A DNA stretch of 51,202 bases from Octopus bimaculoides (GCF_001194135.2 NC_068981.1:21055009-21106210); one strand, 5' to 3'; shown: positions 10,890-24,139, counted from the stretch's first letter. The notes: generated by a model not told the origin, from the sequence alone. Numbers and translations: made by a program.

Positions 10890-12329
10890 TGTTTATTTAG
10901 TGTTATTTTATAAGCTTCTCCAAAAAAGGTAACCAAAGATGTTCTTGATTAAAGATGGTGGATAATCTTTTGGGCTTATACCTAGTCAACTGCTAAACCT
11001 CAAAACTTTAGTGTGCCGATGCGCAGAGAAGCAATATGTTGACTGACAGAGAGTATTCGTCTAGTAGCACAGCTTCTAGCCGGTCGATATTCTGGACAAG
11101 ATAGGGATCCTAATCTGGAGATGCAAACTGTGTGGACGTACCATAGTCTATATAACTTTCAGTTGGTAACTGGTGAGCAGCTGACAAAGTCATACTGAGT
11201 TATGCTAAAACATGCTAACCTTCGGCCATCTGGACGATTTTAGAAATGCTGTTCGTGCAATGCTGAACATTGTTGACAATAATGCTTGGGTCACGTGAAC
11301 CAGTAAACTTTTTAAGGTTGGTATTGTGAAAAGAGTAGGTATAAATTCCGGGTTTTCCCAAAATGTATTATGGTGTACTTGTCTACAGTCAGCTTGAGTG
11401 TTCAGTGTCCAGTCAGCAATCCGTTGTTGCATTGTGTCAGATCAAATTGCAGGAAAGATCTATAGATTCTGTTAGAAGCTGGGGAATACCGTATGTCATT
11501 GCATATGGTGCAGCATGTTGTCTTTGTATCGCGATTACCTCTTTTCGACAGAAAACGAAGGACTTAAGCATTTTTAGCTCTTATTCCCATTGAAGATGAT
11601 AAAATTTGATGTAATGCTGTTAATTTAAGTATTTTGCAGTTCTTGTCACTGGAGCACACACTTGGAAGATAAAAATGGAGTCAATGAAAACAAGGATGAT
11701 TTGGGTTCTAGAGACAAAGGAACATTTTGTTCGAGATCCACGTTGCAGAATGCTGGTTGAAATCAGCTGCCAGTAAAGACCCCAAAATGCAATGGTTCGA
11801 GTCTGTGTAAACTTGGCGTTAAATTCATCCAGCAATTTGGTGAGACTTTTAGCCTTGGACAACTTCCCTGGTCGTTAACATAAATTGAATAATTTGTGAT
11901 ATTTTACCTAATTTCAATGAAATATAGAGACAATCCCTTCTTGATCATTGGCAGATTAAAGAAAGCACTCTTGTCTGTGTTAGAAAAGCAATATGAAAGA
12001 ATAACAGATTTTCTCATGCATAACGTATCTTGAACTAGATTATACAGTGCATTCTATTTTTAAGGTTTGAGAAGGATTTTGACTGTTACTTCTTGCATGT
12101 CGACTGATATGTTGAGATTTTCATGTTACGGTGGAATTGGTTTAGGGCAAAGAGTGCTTTTGTTATAGAATTTGAAGAACATTCGATTATGAACGATCAT
12201 GCAACAATTTCAATTATTTTGCCACATAAAGATATTCTACATTCTCCGATTTGTCTTATTTTTACGAAACAACGAAAAATCAAACATTCTCCCAATAATT
12301 GGGTTGTTATAAAATTCAGTGTTTCAAGT

Positions 12330-12330
<1 letters not shown>
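10890..12330 (-). mobile_element. Heavily decayed CR1-like LINE reverse transcriptase region
   Basis: Minus-strand motifs in the correct order: QRGSRTKCS (QHGFR..RSC), IILVFID, TYGIPQ (SGVPQG), QFDL..IADW, KLTVDKYTIIHFGK, TMVRPH, FASPD*DPYLVQNIDRLEAV. Many frameshifts. Confidence 0.75.
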
Positions 12331-12649
<319 letters not shown>

Positions 12650-12660
<11 letters not shown>

Positions 12661-12925
12661 ACTGATCTACCCACTCATTGAGTGCACACTGACACGTGTA
12701 CTTTTAATGTAAACCTTAAGCAGATTCAGCGTGACAAGGCTGCTACTTTGGAATTACAGGTACATACCATCTGGCGGGATTCGGTATAGTCTCCGTCTAT
12801 TCAGTTTCCCTTACTAAGTTTCGATCGACTTGAAGCTATGGTAAAGGACACTCACCCAAGATTACATGCATTAGAATCGAACCCAAGACCTCATATTTGC
12901 GAAGCGGACTTTTTGATTACTCAGT
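12650..12925 (-). mobile_element. Adjacent SINE fragments (family A 12650-12785; family D 12800-12925)
   Basis: gacacgtgtacttttaatgta..ttggaattacaggtac matches rc of family A; gacactcacccaag..tcgaacccaagacc matches rc of family D. Confidence 0.6.
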
Positions 12926-12939
12926 ACGTTTGCATCCGT

Positions 12940-13560
12940 ATACTATTACTATTAATACCTTCATAATAATCGTTACTTTATCACACATAATCTTCCTCTA
13001 TATCTCTTCCCCTCACTGTCTCTCTCTTTCTTTTCATCTCTCTCTCTACATTGACCTCCACCCTTTATTTCTCATTACCTCCTTCTCTTTATCTGACAGT
13101 CTTCCTTTTTTTCTTTTACTACCCCGTCTCTCCCTAATTATCTCATTCACAACCACCCTCTACATCTCTCTTTCTCTCCTCTTTTACTAACGACAACCTG
13201 TTGAAGTTAAACTAATAATGATGTAATATTTCCATCTCTTCCTCCCACTTCTTTATCTCTCTTACTCTTACTTACCCACTCACACTGCACATCGTGTCTT
13301 CTTTCACCTTTCTTTCTCATGTCTTCCTCTCATACTACTTCTCTTCTTACTCACCACATCTCTTTTCTCTTATAAATATTTCTCTCACATCCAACTACTT
13401 CCTCGTCAAAATTTCGATTTCTTTCTCAACCCTACTCTTCTTTTCTATTCTTCAACCACCTATTTTCTTCTTTACTTCTTTATATCTCCTCCCTGTATTT
13501 CCTCTCGATCTCTTCACACTCAGCCTCAGTGAAAATTTTCACTCCACTGTGTCTGTCTTT
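12940..13560. repeat. Pyrimidine-rich low-complexity tract
   Basis: More than 600 bp dominated by C/T on the plus strand. Confidence 0.8.
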
Positions 13561-13749
13561 TCTGCTTGTTGGTTCTATGAAGCTGAGAAACTAACACTAG
13601 ATTCTATATAGCTGACTTTCTATATTACTAGAATGTATAACGCCGTCCACTGTGCTTCCAGCGTGTGTATACGTTTCAAATGAATTGCTAGTGCGTATAT
13701 AAAACTGTCATATGCACTCTCAGGATGAATAAAGCTGGTTACTACAGTG

Positions 13750-14070
13750 CCAGAATTATGTTTTCTGTAGTAATATGGTGTATATAGCTGTCTACATTAA
13801 TACCAGGGTGTATACAGCTGTCGACTGTATTACCAAGGAGTGTAAAGCTTTCTGCAGTACTACAAATAGTGGTTATAACTGTCTTCAGTGCTACTAGTGT
13901 TATATATAACTATCTACGATACTACCAGGGTAGTCTACACTACTAAAGCTGTATAGTGTACCACCAGGGTGTATATAGATGTAGAATGTATGTAAATGTA
14001 TGCAATACTTCTTAATATATATAGAGAGCTGTCTTGTGTAAGCATCAGGATATATAAAGCTGTTTGCTGA
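13750..14070. repeat. Degenerate ~30-bp minisatellite (ggtgtatatagctgtctacattaataccag-like)
   Basis: About 7 diverged units with recurrent taccagggtg / tatatagctgtc. Confidence 0.7.
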
Positions 14071-14122
14071 GCTACTAGTGTGTGTGTGTGTTTGTGTACA
14101 TATGTATGTATATATGTGTATA

Positions 14123-14127
14123 TCGTC

Positions 14128-14172
<45 letters not shown>

Positions 14173-14194
14173 GTCGTCGTCGTCGTCGTCGTCG

Positions 14195-14232
<38 letters not shown>

Positions 14233-14405
14233 GTCACCATCATCACCACCACCATTTAACATTTGTTCTCCATACTGACTTGGGTTTGACAGTTTCACAG
14301 GAGATGGTCAGCTGGAGAGCTGTCTGAGCTCCATTTTCTGTTTTGGCAAGGTTTCTATGGCTGGATGCTCTTCCTAACACCAATCACTTTACAGAATGTA
14401 CTGGG
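14123..14405 (-). mobile_element. GAT-tailed retroposon 3' end with expanded (CAT)n(CGT)n(CAT)n tail
   Basis: Tail at 14123-14255 followed by the shared ctggatgc.cttcctaac.ccaa core. Confidence 0.85.
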
Positions 14406-14459
14406 TGCTGGCATGGATATATGTATGTATTTATATGTGCATGTGTGTGTGTATATATA

Positions 14460-14545
14460 TTCTTTTATTTATTTCAGGCATTTGACTGTGGCCATGCTAG
14501 AGCACTGCCATTAGTCGAACAAACCGACCCTAATACTTATTCTAT
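14460..14545 (-). mobile_element. SINE family C 3' fragment abutting the RTE break
   Basis: tttcaggcatttgactgtggccatgctagagcac matches the 27228 copy. Confidence 0.7.
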
Positions 14546-16430
14546 AGGTCATCTAGGTAACGGAAGCTATCAACTACTTCTAGTTTTTTTCCCTGGAATG
14601 TGGCAGAAGTTGTTTTCTGCACATTTTCAGTGTTTATTGCCCTTGAGCTTTTGCCCTTGAGCCTTCCTTTGATATTGCTGCACCTCTTATGTGTCCATAG
14701 CTTATACTGGGTACATCTTATGGAGTTTCTACCTATGCTTTTTCTACAGATCGAGCAGGGCCATCTACCTGAAGGGATTTGTGGTTTATCTACCTTCCTA
14801 CTTATTAAGACTTTGGTTTTAGCTAAGTTTACTCTAAGGCCCTTCGATTCTAATCCTTGCTTCCACACCTGGAACTTCTCTTCTAGTTCTGATAGTGACT
14901 CAGCAATTAGAGCAAGGTCGTCAGCACAGAGGAGCTCCCAAGGGCATGCTGTCTTGAATTCTTCTGTTATTGCCTGGAGGGCTATGATGAATAAGAGGGG
15001 GATGAGGATTGATCCTTGGTGGACCCCTACCCCTACCTGGAATTCTTCACTGTACTCGTTGCCAACCCTCACCTCACTGACAGCATCCCTGTACATGGCT
15101 TGCACAGCTCTCACTAACTATTCATCTATCACTAGTTTCCTCATTGACCACCAGATAAGGGATCGGGTGACCCTGTCAAAGGCTTTCTCCATATCAATGA
15201 AAGCCAGGTACAGAGGTTTATCTTTGGCTAGGTATTTCTCCGGCAGCTGTCTTACCAGAAATTTAGCATCATTGGTGCTTTTCCCTGGCATGAACCCAAA
15301 CTGCATCTCATCTAAACTGATTCTCTCCCTAATTAGTTGGGCTGTTACCCTCTCTGTGACCTTCATTCTCTGTAATTATTTCTATCTAATGCGTCACCTT
15401 TACATTTGTAGCAGTTGACTATGGTGCTACACCAGTCATTGAGCTGTCAATTCGGATAGCTGGTCCCTCTTTTGGGTTGACATTCGGAAGACTCTCTCCC
15501 ATTCATTTTCTTTATTGAGCAACCTTTCGTAGTGGCGTCTCCAAACCTCTTTCTGTGCAGCCTCATTAAATGCAAGTGAACCATCATCCATGTGGACACA
15601 TTTCTATCCTATGACATCATGATTCTCTCTCACACACTGTCTTGCAACACGAAATACCTCAAGTCTTTGGTCCTCACGGTGCAGAACATTGGCAAATTTT
15701 TCATATCTGCTTCCCCTCTGGCTAAATAAACCTGTCTCCTAGCTTCCCTTCTAGCAGTCTGATACAATTCCCTGCTACCATCGTTCTTCCAGTCCTTCCA
15801 AGCCTGTTTCTTTTCCCTAATGGCCCTGTCAACATTGTTCCACCACCATGTTGCCTTGTGTTGAGAGGGGACTTTGCACCATCTACAGATCTGGTCAGTG
15901 GCCCTCAGCAGGTTGTCCTGTAGAAACCTCTAGTTGTTTTCCACATCATGTGATGCTATATCCCCCTCGATTTTGTCAAAGCTTTGAGTAATGCATCTCT
16001 AAATCTCAGTCCATTTGCAGGATCTTTAAGCTTCCAGACCCTTCTCCTCTATGCTGGTTGTCTTCTGGGCATCCATTTAGCCCTGATCCTGAAGTTGCTA
16101 ACTACTAGTCTATGTTGTGGGGTACATTCTTTGTCTGGGAAGGTTTTGGCATTTATAAGTAGCCATCTTTCCTTTATCCTGGCGAGGATGTAGTCAATTT
16201 GACTATTGTGTCTACCACATCGGTAGGTGACTAGGTGACTGGCAGGTTTCTGAAGTTAGTATTGTAAACCATAAAATCATTTGCATCGCAGAACTCCAGC
16301 AGCCTGGTTCCCTCCTCATTGTGGGAACCAAAGCCATAGCCTCCATGTACACCATGGAAGCCCCCTGCATGTTGTCCGAATTGCCCATTGATGTCGCCAG
16401 ACACAAAGAGAAGATCCCTGTCATTCGTCA
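14546..16430 (-). mobile_element. RTE-clade LINE ORF (endonuclease C-half, linker, RT), truncated at both ends, with stops and frameshifts
   Basis: GDINGQFG..NEEGTRLLEFC (APE), QFGFMPGKST, LAFIDMEKAFDRV, VGVHQGSILIPLLF, LLCADDLALI, FRYL motifs. Confidence 0.95.
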
Positions 16431-16437
16431 ACTCTGC

Positions 16438-16588
16438 AGAGTGGTTGGTGTTAGGAAGGGCACTCAGCCATAAAAACTCTGCCAAAACAGACAGCAAAGC
16501 ATGGTGCAGTCTTTTGTCTAGCCAGCGCCTGTCAAACCATCCAACCTATGCTAGCAGACATTAAATGGTGGTGATGGTGATGATGATG
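16438..16588 (+). mobile_element. GAT-tailed retroposon 3' end
   Basis: gtggttggtgttaggaagggca..ccatccaacc..gatgatg. Confidence 0.8.
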
Positions 16589-16614
16589 TATATGTGTAGA
16601 TAGATATCATTCAC

Positions 16615-16830
16615 TTTCTGCTCATATAGGTTTGATGAATGTATTATTGAGGCATTGTTTTACAACTAGATGCCTTCCTGTTGCTAACCCTTACCTGTTT
16701 TTCAAGCAAGGGATCTCTTATTCTGCATGTCTTCAAAAGCATAAAACCTGTGGATAATTTGTTGACAGAAGAAATGGCAGTAGTATCACCACTTGTAGCT
16801 CAGTGATTTTTGAAGATGTGCAAATGTAAA

Positions 16831-16900
<70 letters not shown>

Positions 16901-16975
16901 NNNNNNNNNNNNNNNNNNNNNNNNNNNNNNNNNNNNNNNNNNNNNNNNNNNNNNNNNNNNNNNNNNNNNNNNNNN

Positions 16976-17032
<57 letters not shown>

Positions 17033-17310
17033 ATGTATGTCCATGTATATTTATATATATAATCACCGTCATTGTTATAATGTTCTCTTTTTCATGCTTG
17101 CATGGGTCAGACAGAATTCACTGAAGCAGATATTCTGTGGTTAGATGCTTTTCCTGTTACTAACCCTCTCTTGTTTCTAAATAAGATAATATTTCCCCAT
17201 GACTGGACATGTTTTCGAGGATGATTGGAAATGAATGATGCTGCCTATATGACAGTGACACTCCTTCACAATATGCAATGTCAAGACAAGGAGTTATGAC
17301 AACACACTTG
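16615..17310 (-). mobile_element. Two copies of a second retroposon-tail family (F; 16615-16830 and 17060-17310) separated by (CA)n and gap N16901-16975
   Basis: tagatgc.ttcctgtt.ctaaccct..cctgtttc.aa core in both; the same family occurs on the plus strand at 21800-22045 and 26040-26235. Confidence 0.75.
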
Positions 17311-17318
17311 CACACATA

Positions 17319-17349
<31 letters not shown>

Positions 17350-17972
17350 GGGATATGTGGAAGGGGTAGACTGAGGAAGACATGAGATGAAGTGGTGAGA
17401 AAGGATCTTCAGATGCTTGGCCTCATTGAGGAGATAGCAAGGGACCAAGATTTCTGGTAATTTGCTATGCTTGAGAAGACATGTGAAGCTAAGTAAAATT
17501 GTGGCCAGTTGTACATAACAGGCACATCCCTATCAACTGAAAGGTCCATGTCCTATGGGCTCATGGGAATTGGTGTTATATAAAAATATGTGTGCTGGTG
17601 CCATGTAGAAAGCACACGTGCCAGTGCTATGTGGGATGCAGCTGTGCCAGTACTACATGGAGAAGCATCTGTGCTGGTGTCACACATAAAGCATCAGTGT
17701 TGGTACCACATATAAAGCATCCATGACAGTGCCACACAAAAAGCCTCCAGTACAATCTGTAAAGTGGTTGGCATTAGAAAGGGCATCTAGCAATAGAAAC
17801 CATGCCAAAACAGACAATTGGAGCCTGGACAATTATCTGGTTGGCCATCTCCTGTCGAACTGTCCAACCATGCCTGCATGGAAAACAGACATCAAATGAT
17901 GATGGTGATGATGGTGGTGGTGGTGGTGGTGGTTGTGGTTGTGGTTGTGGTGAGGATGATGATGATGATGAT
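17350..17972 (+). mobile_element. RTE LINE 3' end: ORF C-terminus, ~28-bp tandem UTR modules, GAT/GGT/GTT tail
   Basis: RGRLRKT*DEVVRKDLQMLGL..FAMLEKT; about 5 tgtgctggtg.ca...aaagca units at 17590-17745; shared core; trinucleotide tail 17895-17972. Confidence 0.9.
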
Positions 17973-18096
17973 ATACACGACAGGCTTCTTTCAGTTTTTG
18001 TCTACCAAGTCCCCTCACAAAGAAGCTCACTTCTTAACTACACAGGCATACCTATGTTGTCAAAAATGATGACAGTTTTACCGGAGAAACTGGTGC

Positions 18097-18325
18097 ATCA
18101 TTATCATCGTTTAACGTCTGCTTTCCATGCTACCATGGGTTGGACGATTTGACTGAGGACTGGTGAAACCGGATGGCTACACCAGGCTCCAATCTGATTT
18201 GGCAGAGTTTCTACAGCTGGATGCCCTTCCTAACGTCAACCACTCAGAGAGTGTAGTGGGTGCTTTTACATGTCACCAGCACGAGGGCCAGTCAGGCGGT
18301 ACTGGCAACGGCCACACTCAAAATG
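18097..18325 (-). mobile_element. GAT-tailed retroposon 3' end
   Basis: catcgtttaacgtctgctttccatgc..ctggatgcccttcctaacg core. Confidence 0.9.
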
Positions 18326-18789
18326 GTATCTATTGAAAAACAACTGGAAAATTCCTTCATGAATTTCTTACCTATGACTTCACAATTTTTCTTTAACAGA
18401 AAAATATTATCAATAATTCGTAAACACGATAGTAAAAATGTGATTGTAAAATGGTAAAATGAATGGGGTCACGATGGTTCATAAAGTTTATAGCCAATTG
18501 TGCTGTCAAAAATGACAGCTGTTTTACAGATAGCATATTTTATTGTTCTACTGAATGATTTAATGATAGTTATAAAAGCTTAATTTGCAAAACAATGAAG
18601 CACATATGATTCTGCAAATATGATTCTGAAAGTTATTTACTCACAATATTCATAGTGAAACTGTGATTTCTGTAGCGTATCTTGTTTTCAACTCTTTGTC
18701 TTCATTTTTTTTCTTTTTAAATGTAAACTTTGAAATTATAGCAGCCATGAAGGGTTTTCTCTGGAACTCTGTCAGTTATGATAATGAGT

Positions 18790-18957
18790 GTTTCAGTTAA
18801 TCCAATCAACGGAACAGCCTGCTCATGAAATTAACTTGCAAGTGGTTGAACATTCCACAAACATGTGTACCCTTAATGTAGTTCTCAGGGAGTCTCAGCA
18901 TGACACAGAATGTGATAAGATTGGCCCTTTGAATTACAGGTGCAACTCTCATTTTTT
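18790..18957 (-). mobile_element. SINE family A, 3' part, followed by (CT)n 18982-19040
   Basis: rc matches 8850-9030. Confidence 0.85.
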
Positions 18958-18978
18958 ATCATTTTCTCCCTCCTGTCA

Positions 18979-19037
<59 letters not shown>

Positions 19038-19189
19038 TCTCTTGCTCACTCCCTCTGACTGGATAACCTCTACAACAAGTTACCTATTTCTGTTCTTCTG
19101 TCACACTCTAACCTCTCATCACCTGACACATGGCCATCTCCTCCAGTACTTCACCTCCTAAGGGATCTTTGTCTTGCAAGTTACTTGGT

Positions 19190-19209
19190 GAGTTACTAAT
19201 GCTGGTGCC

Positions 19210-19253
<44 letters not shown>

Positions 19254-19492
19254 AGTCCACACTGTAAAGCAGTTGGCATTAGGGTTATGGTTAGGGTTAG
19301 GGTTAGGGCATCAAACCATAAAAGCCATGCCACAACAGACAGTGAAACCTGGTGCAGTTTTCTGGCTTGCTTGCTACTGTCAAACTGTCCATCCCATGCC
19401 AGTATGGAAAATGGGTGTTAAATGATGATGATGATGATGATGGTGGTGATGGTGATAATAACGAGGATGATGACAACAATGACGATGATGAT
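19190..19492 (+). mobile_element. GAT-tailed retroposon carrying an internal A37 run and (TTAGGG)-like x5 insertion
   Basis: Core colinear with other copies; A-run 19214-19250; TTAGGG TTATGG (TTAGGG)3 at 19279-19308. Confidence 0.9.
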
Positions 19493-19519
19493 ACAATATA
19501 TATGTGTGTCTGTCAGGGT

Positions 19520-20400
19520 GCTCTTGAGTGCTACTGGTAATATGTAACCCAGCACAACCTGGGTTTCAGTAGCTTGATGCAACTCCATTGTTCCAAGACC
19601 ACCTGTCTCAACTATGTGATGAGATGCAGAGGAGGCCTTGGAGAGAAGTGTGTGGGCATCAGCTTCACGAACTGTTGTCCACCCTAATAAAAATCACATG
19701 AATAGCTCATCTGGACCCTGCATGATGCTCTCTACTTCTTCTTCAAGTTCAGTGGCAATGTCTCCATGGGCAACAGGAACAGGTTTGGTATGCTGGAAGC
19801 TTCTAGCTCATGAACACACATTGGCAATGTGCATGTGATAGTCGTTTTTTCCATGAAGTAGCAGTGATACAGGATTTCGGCTGTGTATGTGTCAGGGCTG
19901 GCCTATTTAGGTGTGATGCAGCCCTCCCTGTACAGGGAAACTCCTAGAAAAGGTGGGGTAAACATCGGTCACTGCTCTCTTCATCTGGCTAGTTTATCAC
20001 AACTGACAGGCTCCCATCTTAGTGGGAGAAAAATTTGATCCCATTCTCTGACTTTGGGACTGTGGAATGTGAGAACGTTGATGGACATGCAAACTACATA
20101 CTGACCTGAAAGGCATACCGCACCTGTCTTCCAAGAACTCGCCCACTTCAAAATTGATGTAGCTGCTCTGAATGTTCCGGTTAATCCAATCAATGGAACA
20201 GCAGTGTGCAAGAAGTTGGCTACATGATCTTTTGGAAAGGAAAGGATGCCAGTGAACCTCACATCCATGTCAGGTTACTGTGGAGTGTTTCTCAAGAGGT
20301 CTTCTGGAGTTTGAGAATGGTTGTTCAGAACATGGAAATATTCTCGCCAATGATGCACGATCTATTCTTCATGATTGGTTGATTGTACTCTCACCTACTT
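19520..20400 (+). mobile_element. 5' region of a second RTE lineage (probable 5'UTR and endonuclease N-terminus) joined to an inverted linker fragment
   Basis: LTLGLWNVRTLMD..*PERHTAPVFQELAHFKIDVAALN (20048-20173) and GYMIFWKGKDASEPHIH (20218-20269). 20270-20400 reads on the minus strand IVHHWREYFHVLN..PQ*P. Confidence 0.8.
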
Positions 20401-20454
20401 TATATTTCTTAAATGTTGATAATTCTAACTTGTAATACTAACATACTGTAGTTT

Positions 20455-20840
20455 GAGTTAAAATAACCACCTGTGCTGGTGACATGTAAAAAGCACCTTT
20501 CAAGTGTTTGGTCTCACAAAGGCAAAGTAGTTGAGCTCCTTTCGAGTGTTGAGCCTTGTGGAGGCAGTGACCGAGACCTTTGGCGTTGAGAAGAAAACCC
20601 ATCGAGCTGAGCAAAATCACAGTTGTGTCAGATACCAGTGTCATGCAAATGGCACCCATGCTGGTGGTACATAAAAGCACCCATTACACTCTCGGAGTGG
20701 TTGGTGTTAGGAAGGCATCCAACTGTAGAAACCATGCCAAATCAGACTGGAGTCTGGTGCAGCCTTCCTGCTTACAAGTCCTGGTCAAACCATCCAACCC
20801 ATGCCTACATGGACAATGGATGTTAAATGATGATGTTGAT
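20455..20840 (+). mobile_element. Long GAT-tailed retroposon copy
   Basis: Two gctggtgg.ac.taaaagcac modules, shared core and tail. Confidence 0.85.
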
Positions 20841-21159
20841 ATTTATATATATATATATATATACATCTATAGCTGTGTACTCTACCAATAGGGCCTAATT
20901 TGCTGTATTTACTATTTGCTCTATAATAGATTATATATTGCTTCTTACTGTGCTAGCAGAGCATATGATGTACCTTCTCTACCAATAATAGTGCACGTAA
21001 TGTATCTTCTGAAATAAACAGAGTGTACAAATATGTCGTTTTTGTGAGAAGGTATGTAATAGGGGCAATTGTTTATTGCAGATGTTTTGTGGATATGAGA
21101 ACATTAAGTATACAACACTGTACATCACTTATCTGTGTGCCTGTATACGTGTGTGTGTA

Positions 21160-21205
<46 letters not shown>

Positions 21206-21389
21206 CGTGTTAGTCTATTTACACTCAAGATACTTTGCAACTCTGTAAATATTATTTTTTACTGTTGTACATCTGTGTTTTTCAAGTCAAAATGGGTGGA
21301 ATGAGTTTACAAATTTGAATGGTTGCATAGTATTTGGAAGAGATGTTTCTAGTATTACTGAATACACTAGTTAACTCTAATCAACGTAC

Positions 21390-21443
21390 CTCTGAAGTAC
21401 AAGTGAAAGAAAACCTGTTGTCAGAGATGAAAGGTGTTTGAAT
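21390..21443 (-). CDS. Candidate 54-nt coding exon (IQTPFISDNRFSFTCTSE in phase 0)
   Basis: Acceptor gaattttctccag and donor GAG|GTACGT; length divisible by 3; open in two frames. Confidence 0.3.
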
Positions 21444-21558
21444 CTGGAGAAAATTCTTTAAATATTTTGAGAGAGAAACATAGCCAATTATACCAAATCC
21501 AGGAAATAATAATATCTCTCTTTCTCACACAAGCACACACTGACAAACAAACAGACAG

Positions 21559-21614
<56 letters not shown>

Positions 21615-21799
21615 GCATGCAGGCACAAAAGTGTGTATGCATACATGTGAAATAGAAAATGTCAAGGGAAAGAAGTCATAGAAATAAGCCTTGTGAGTGG
21701 ATGTGGTAGACAAAAGCTGAAAGAAGCCTGTCATATATAAATATAAATAATTATATACTCAGATATACATGATATATATGTACGTATGTATGTGTGTAT

Positions 21800-22045
21800 A
21801 TACATATGCATGTGTGTGTGTGTGTTACTGTCTCCTTGATTTGACTTTGTGTGGTAGTTGTAAACAAGTGTCACCAACATGAAAATGATTTCTTTCATTT
21901 TCAGTTTTTTGTAAAAACATGTCTCACCATGGGATATATTACCTTGCTTGCAAACTGGTGAGGGTTGGTGACAGGAAGGGCATCTGGCCATAGAAATTCT
22001 GCCCAACCCATGCAAGCATGGAAAAGTGGATGTTAAAACAATGGT
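21800..22045 (+). mobile_element. Retroposon-tail family F
   Basis: accttgcttgcaaactggtgagggttggtgacaggaagggcatc..catgcaagcatggaaaagtgg. Confidence 0.75.
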
Positions 22046-22159
22046 AATGATAATATTTCCCTCTGTGTGACACCTTGGGCAAAAGTCTTCAGCAAACAGC
22101 CCTAGGCCAACCAAAGCCTTGGGAGTAGATTTTGTAAACATAAACTGAAAAATGCCAGT

Positions 22160-23337
<1,178 letters not shown>

Positions 23338-23555
23338 TTAATGTATGTTTGTGTGCGTGTGTGTGTGTATATAAAAAAAATCAACTAAAACAATGTTGAA
23401 AAGCTGTGTATTTAGAATAAAAAGCAGAAAAGTATAAATCTTGATAATTTAAATGTCCTCTATAGCTGTTTCAATGGAATAAAACCTCATTATTTATGTA
23501 AGTACATAATTATAATATGTAATTGATTTAAAAGTCATATGTTACCCATACATAC

Positions 23556-23596
23556 CTTGGAGAAAAGAATTAAAAATGGTAATCAGGAAACCATTC
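23556..23596 (-). CDS. Candidate 41-nt exon (NGFLITIFNSFLQ, phase 2/1)
   Basis: Donor AAG|GTATGT, acceptor tttaaatcag, single open frame; it overlaps an inverted-repeat arm. Confidence 0.2.
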
Positions 23597-23814
23597 CTGA
23601 TTTAAATACAAATGAGACAGACAGGAAAATAAGGTCGAGAAAAAAGAACTATATGCATCTATATGCATGTATACACACATACACACAAATAGATATGTAC
23701 ATAAATATACACACATACATCTAATTGAATATCTTCATATTTTTTCTCAGTGTCTTTGTTTCTTTTCATCTTTTTAGTGTCTCATTTGTATATAAAGCAG
23801 TAATAGTTTCCTGA
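23583..23814. repeat. Fold-back inverted repeat, 37-bp arms (4 mismatches)
   Basis: tcaggaaaccattcctgatttaaatacaaatgagaca (23583-23619) vs rc of 23778-23814. Confidence 0.85.
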
Positions 23815-23928
23815 GAACTTAATTATGTATTTTAATTAAGTAATAATATAAATAGCGATGTTTTATTCTATTGTAACAGCTGTTGTGGACAATTATGAAC
23901 CATGTGTAAAATTTCTGTTTTTTGGCTT

Positions 23929-23986
<58 letters not shown>

Positions 23987-24139
23987 ATCTGTGTATCATA
24001 CATCATAGAAAGCATAATTAACTGCAGTATTTATCCTGAAATAATATCTTTTATTGACATATAATGTTAAAAATCACAGAAATATATCAGTTATCTGCGA
24101 AAATCATCTAGCACGGAAAATCTAACACAGAAAATCACC

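Noticed and set aside
13900-14327. Poly-Asp/Met/Ser/His ORFs
   Set aside because: Translations of an expanded retroposon trinucleotide tail.
14600-15418. 272-aa plus-strand ORF (also 41947-42240 and 24653-24892)
   Set aside because: Antisense shadow frames of RTE coding sequence.
21022-21107. Two mini-exon candidates (SVQICRFCEK; MFCGYENI)
   Set aside because: The implied intron is only ~30 nt; no further support.
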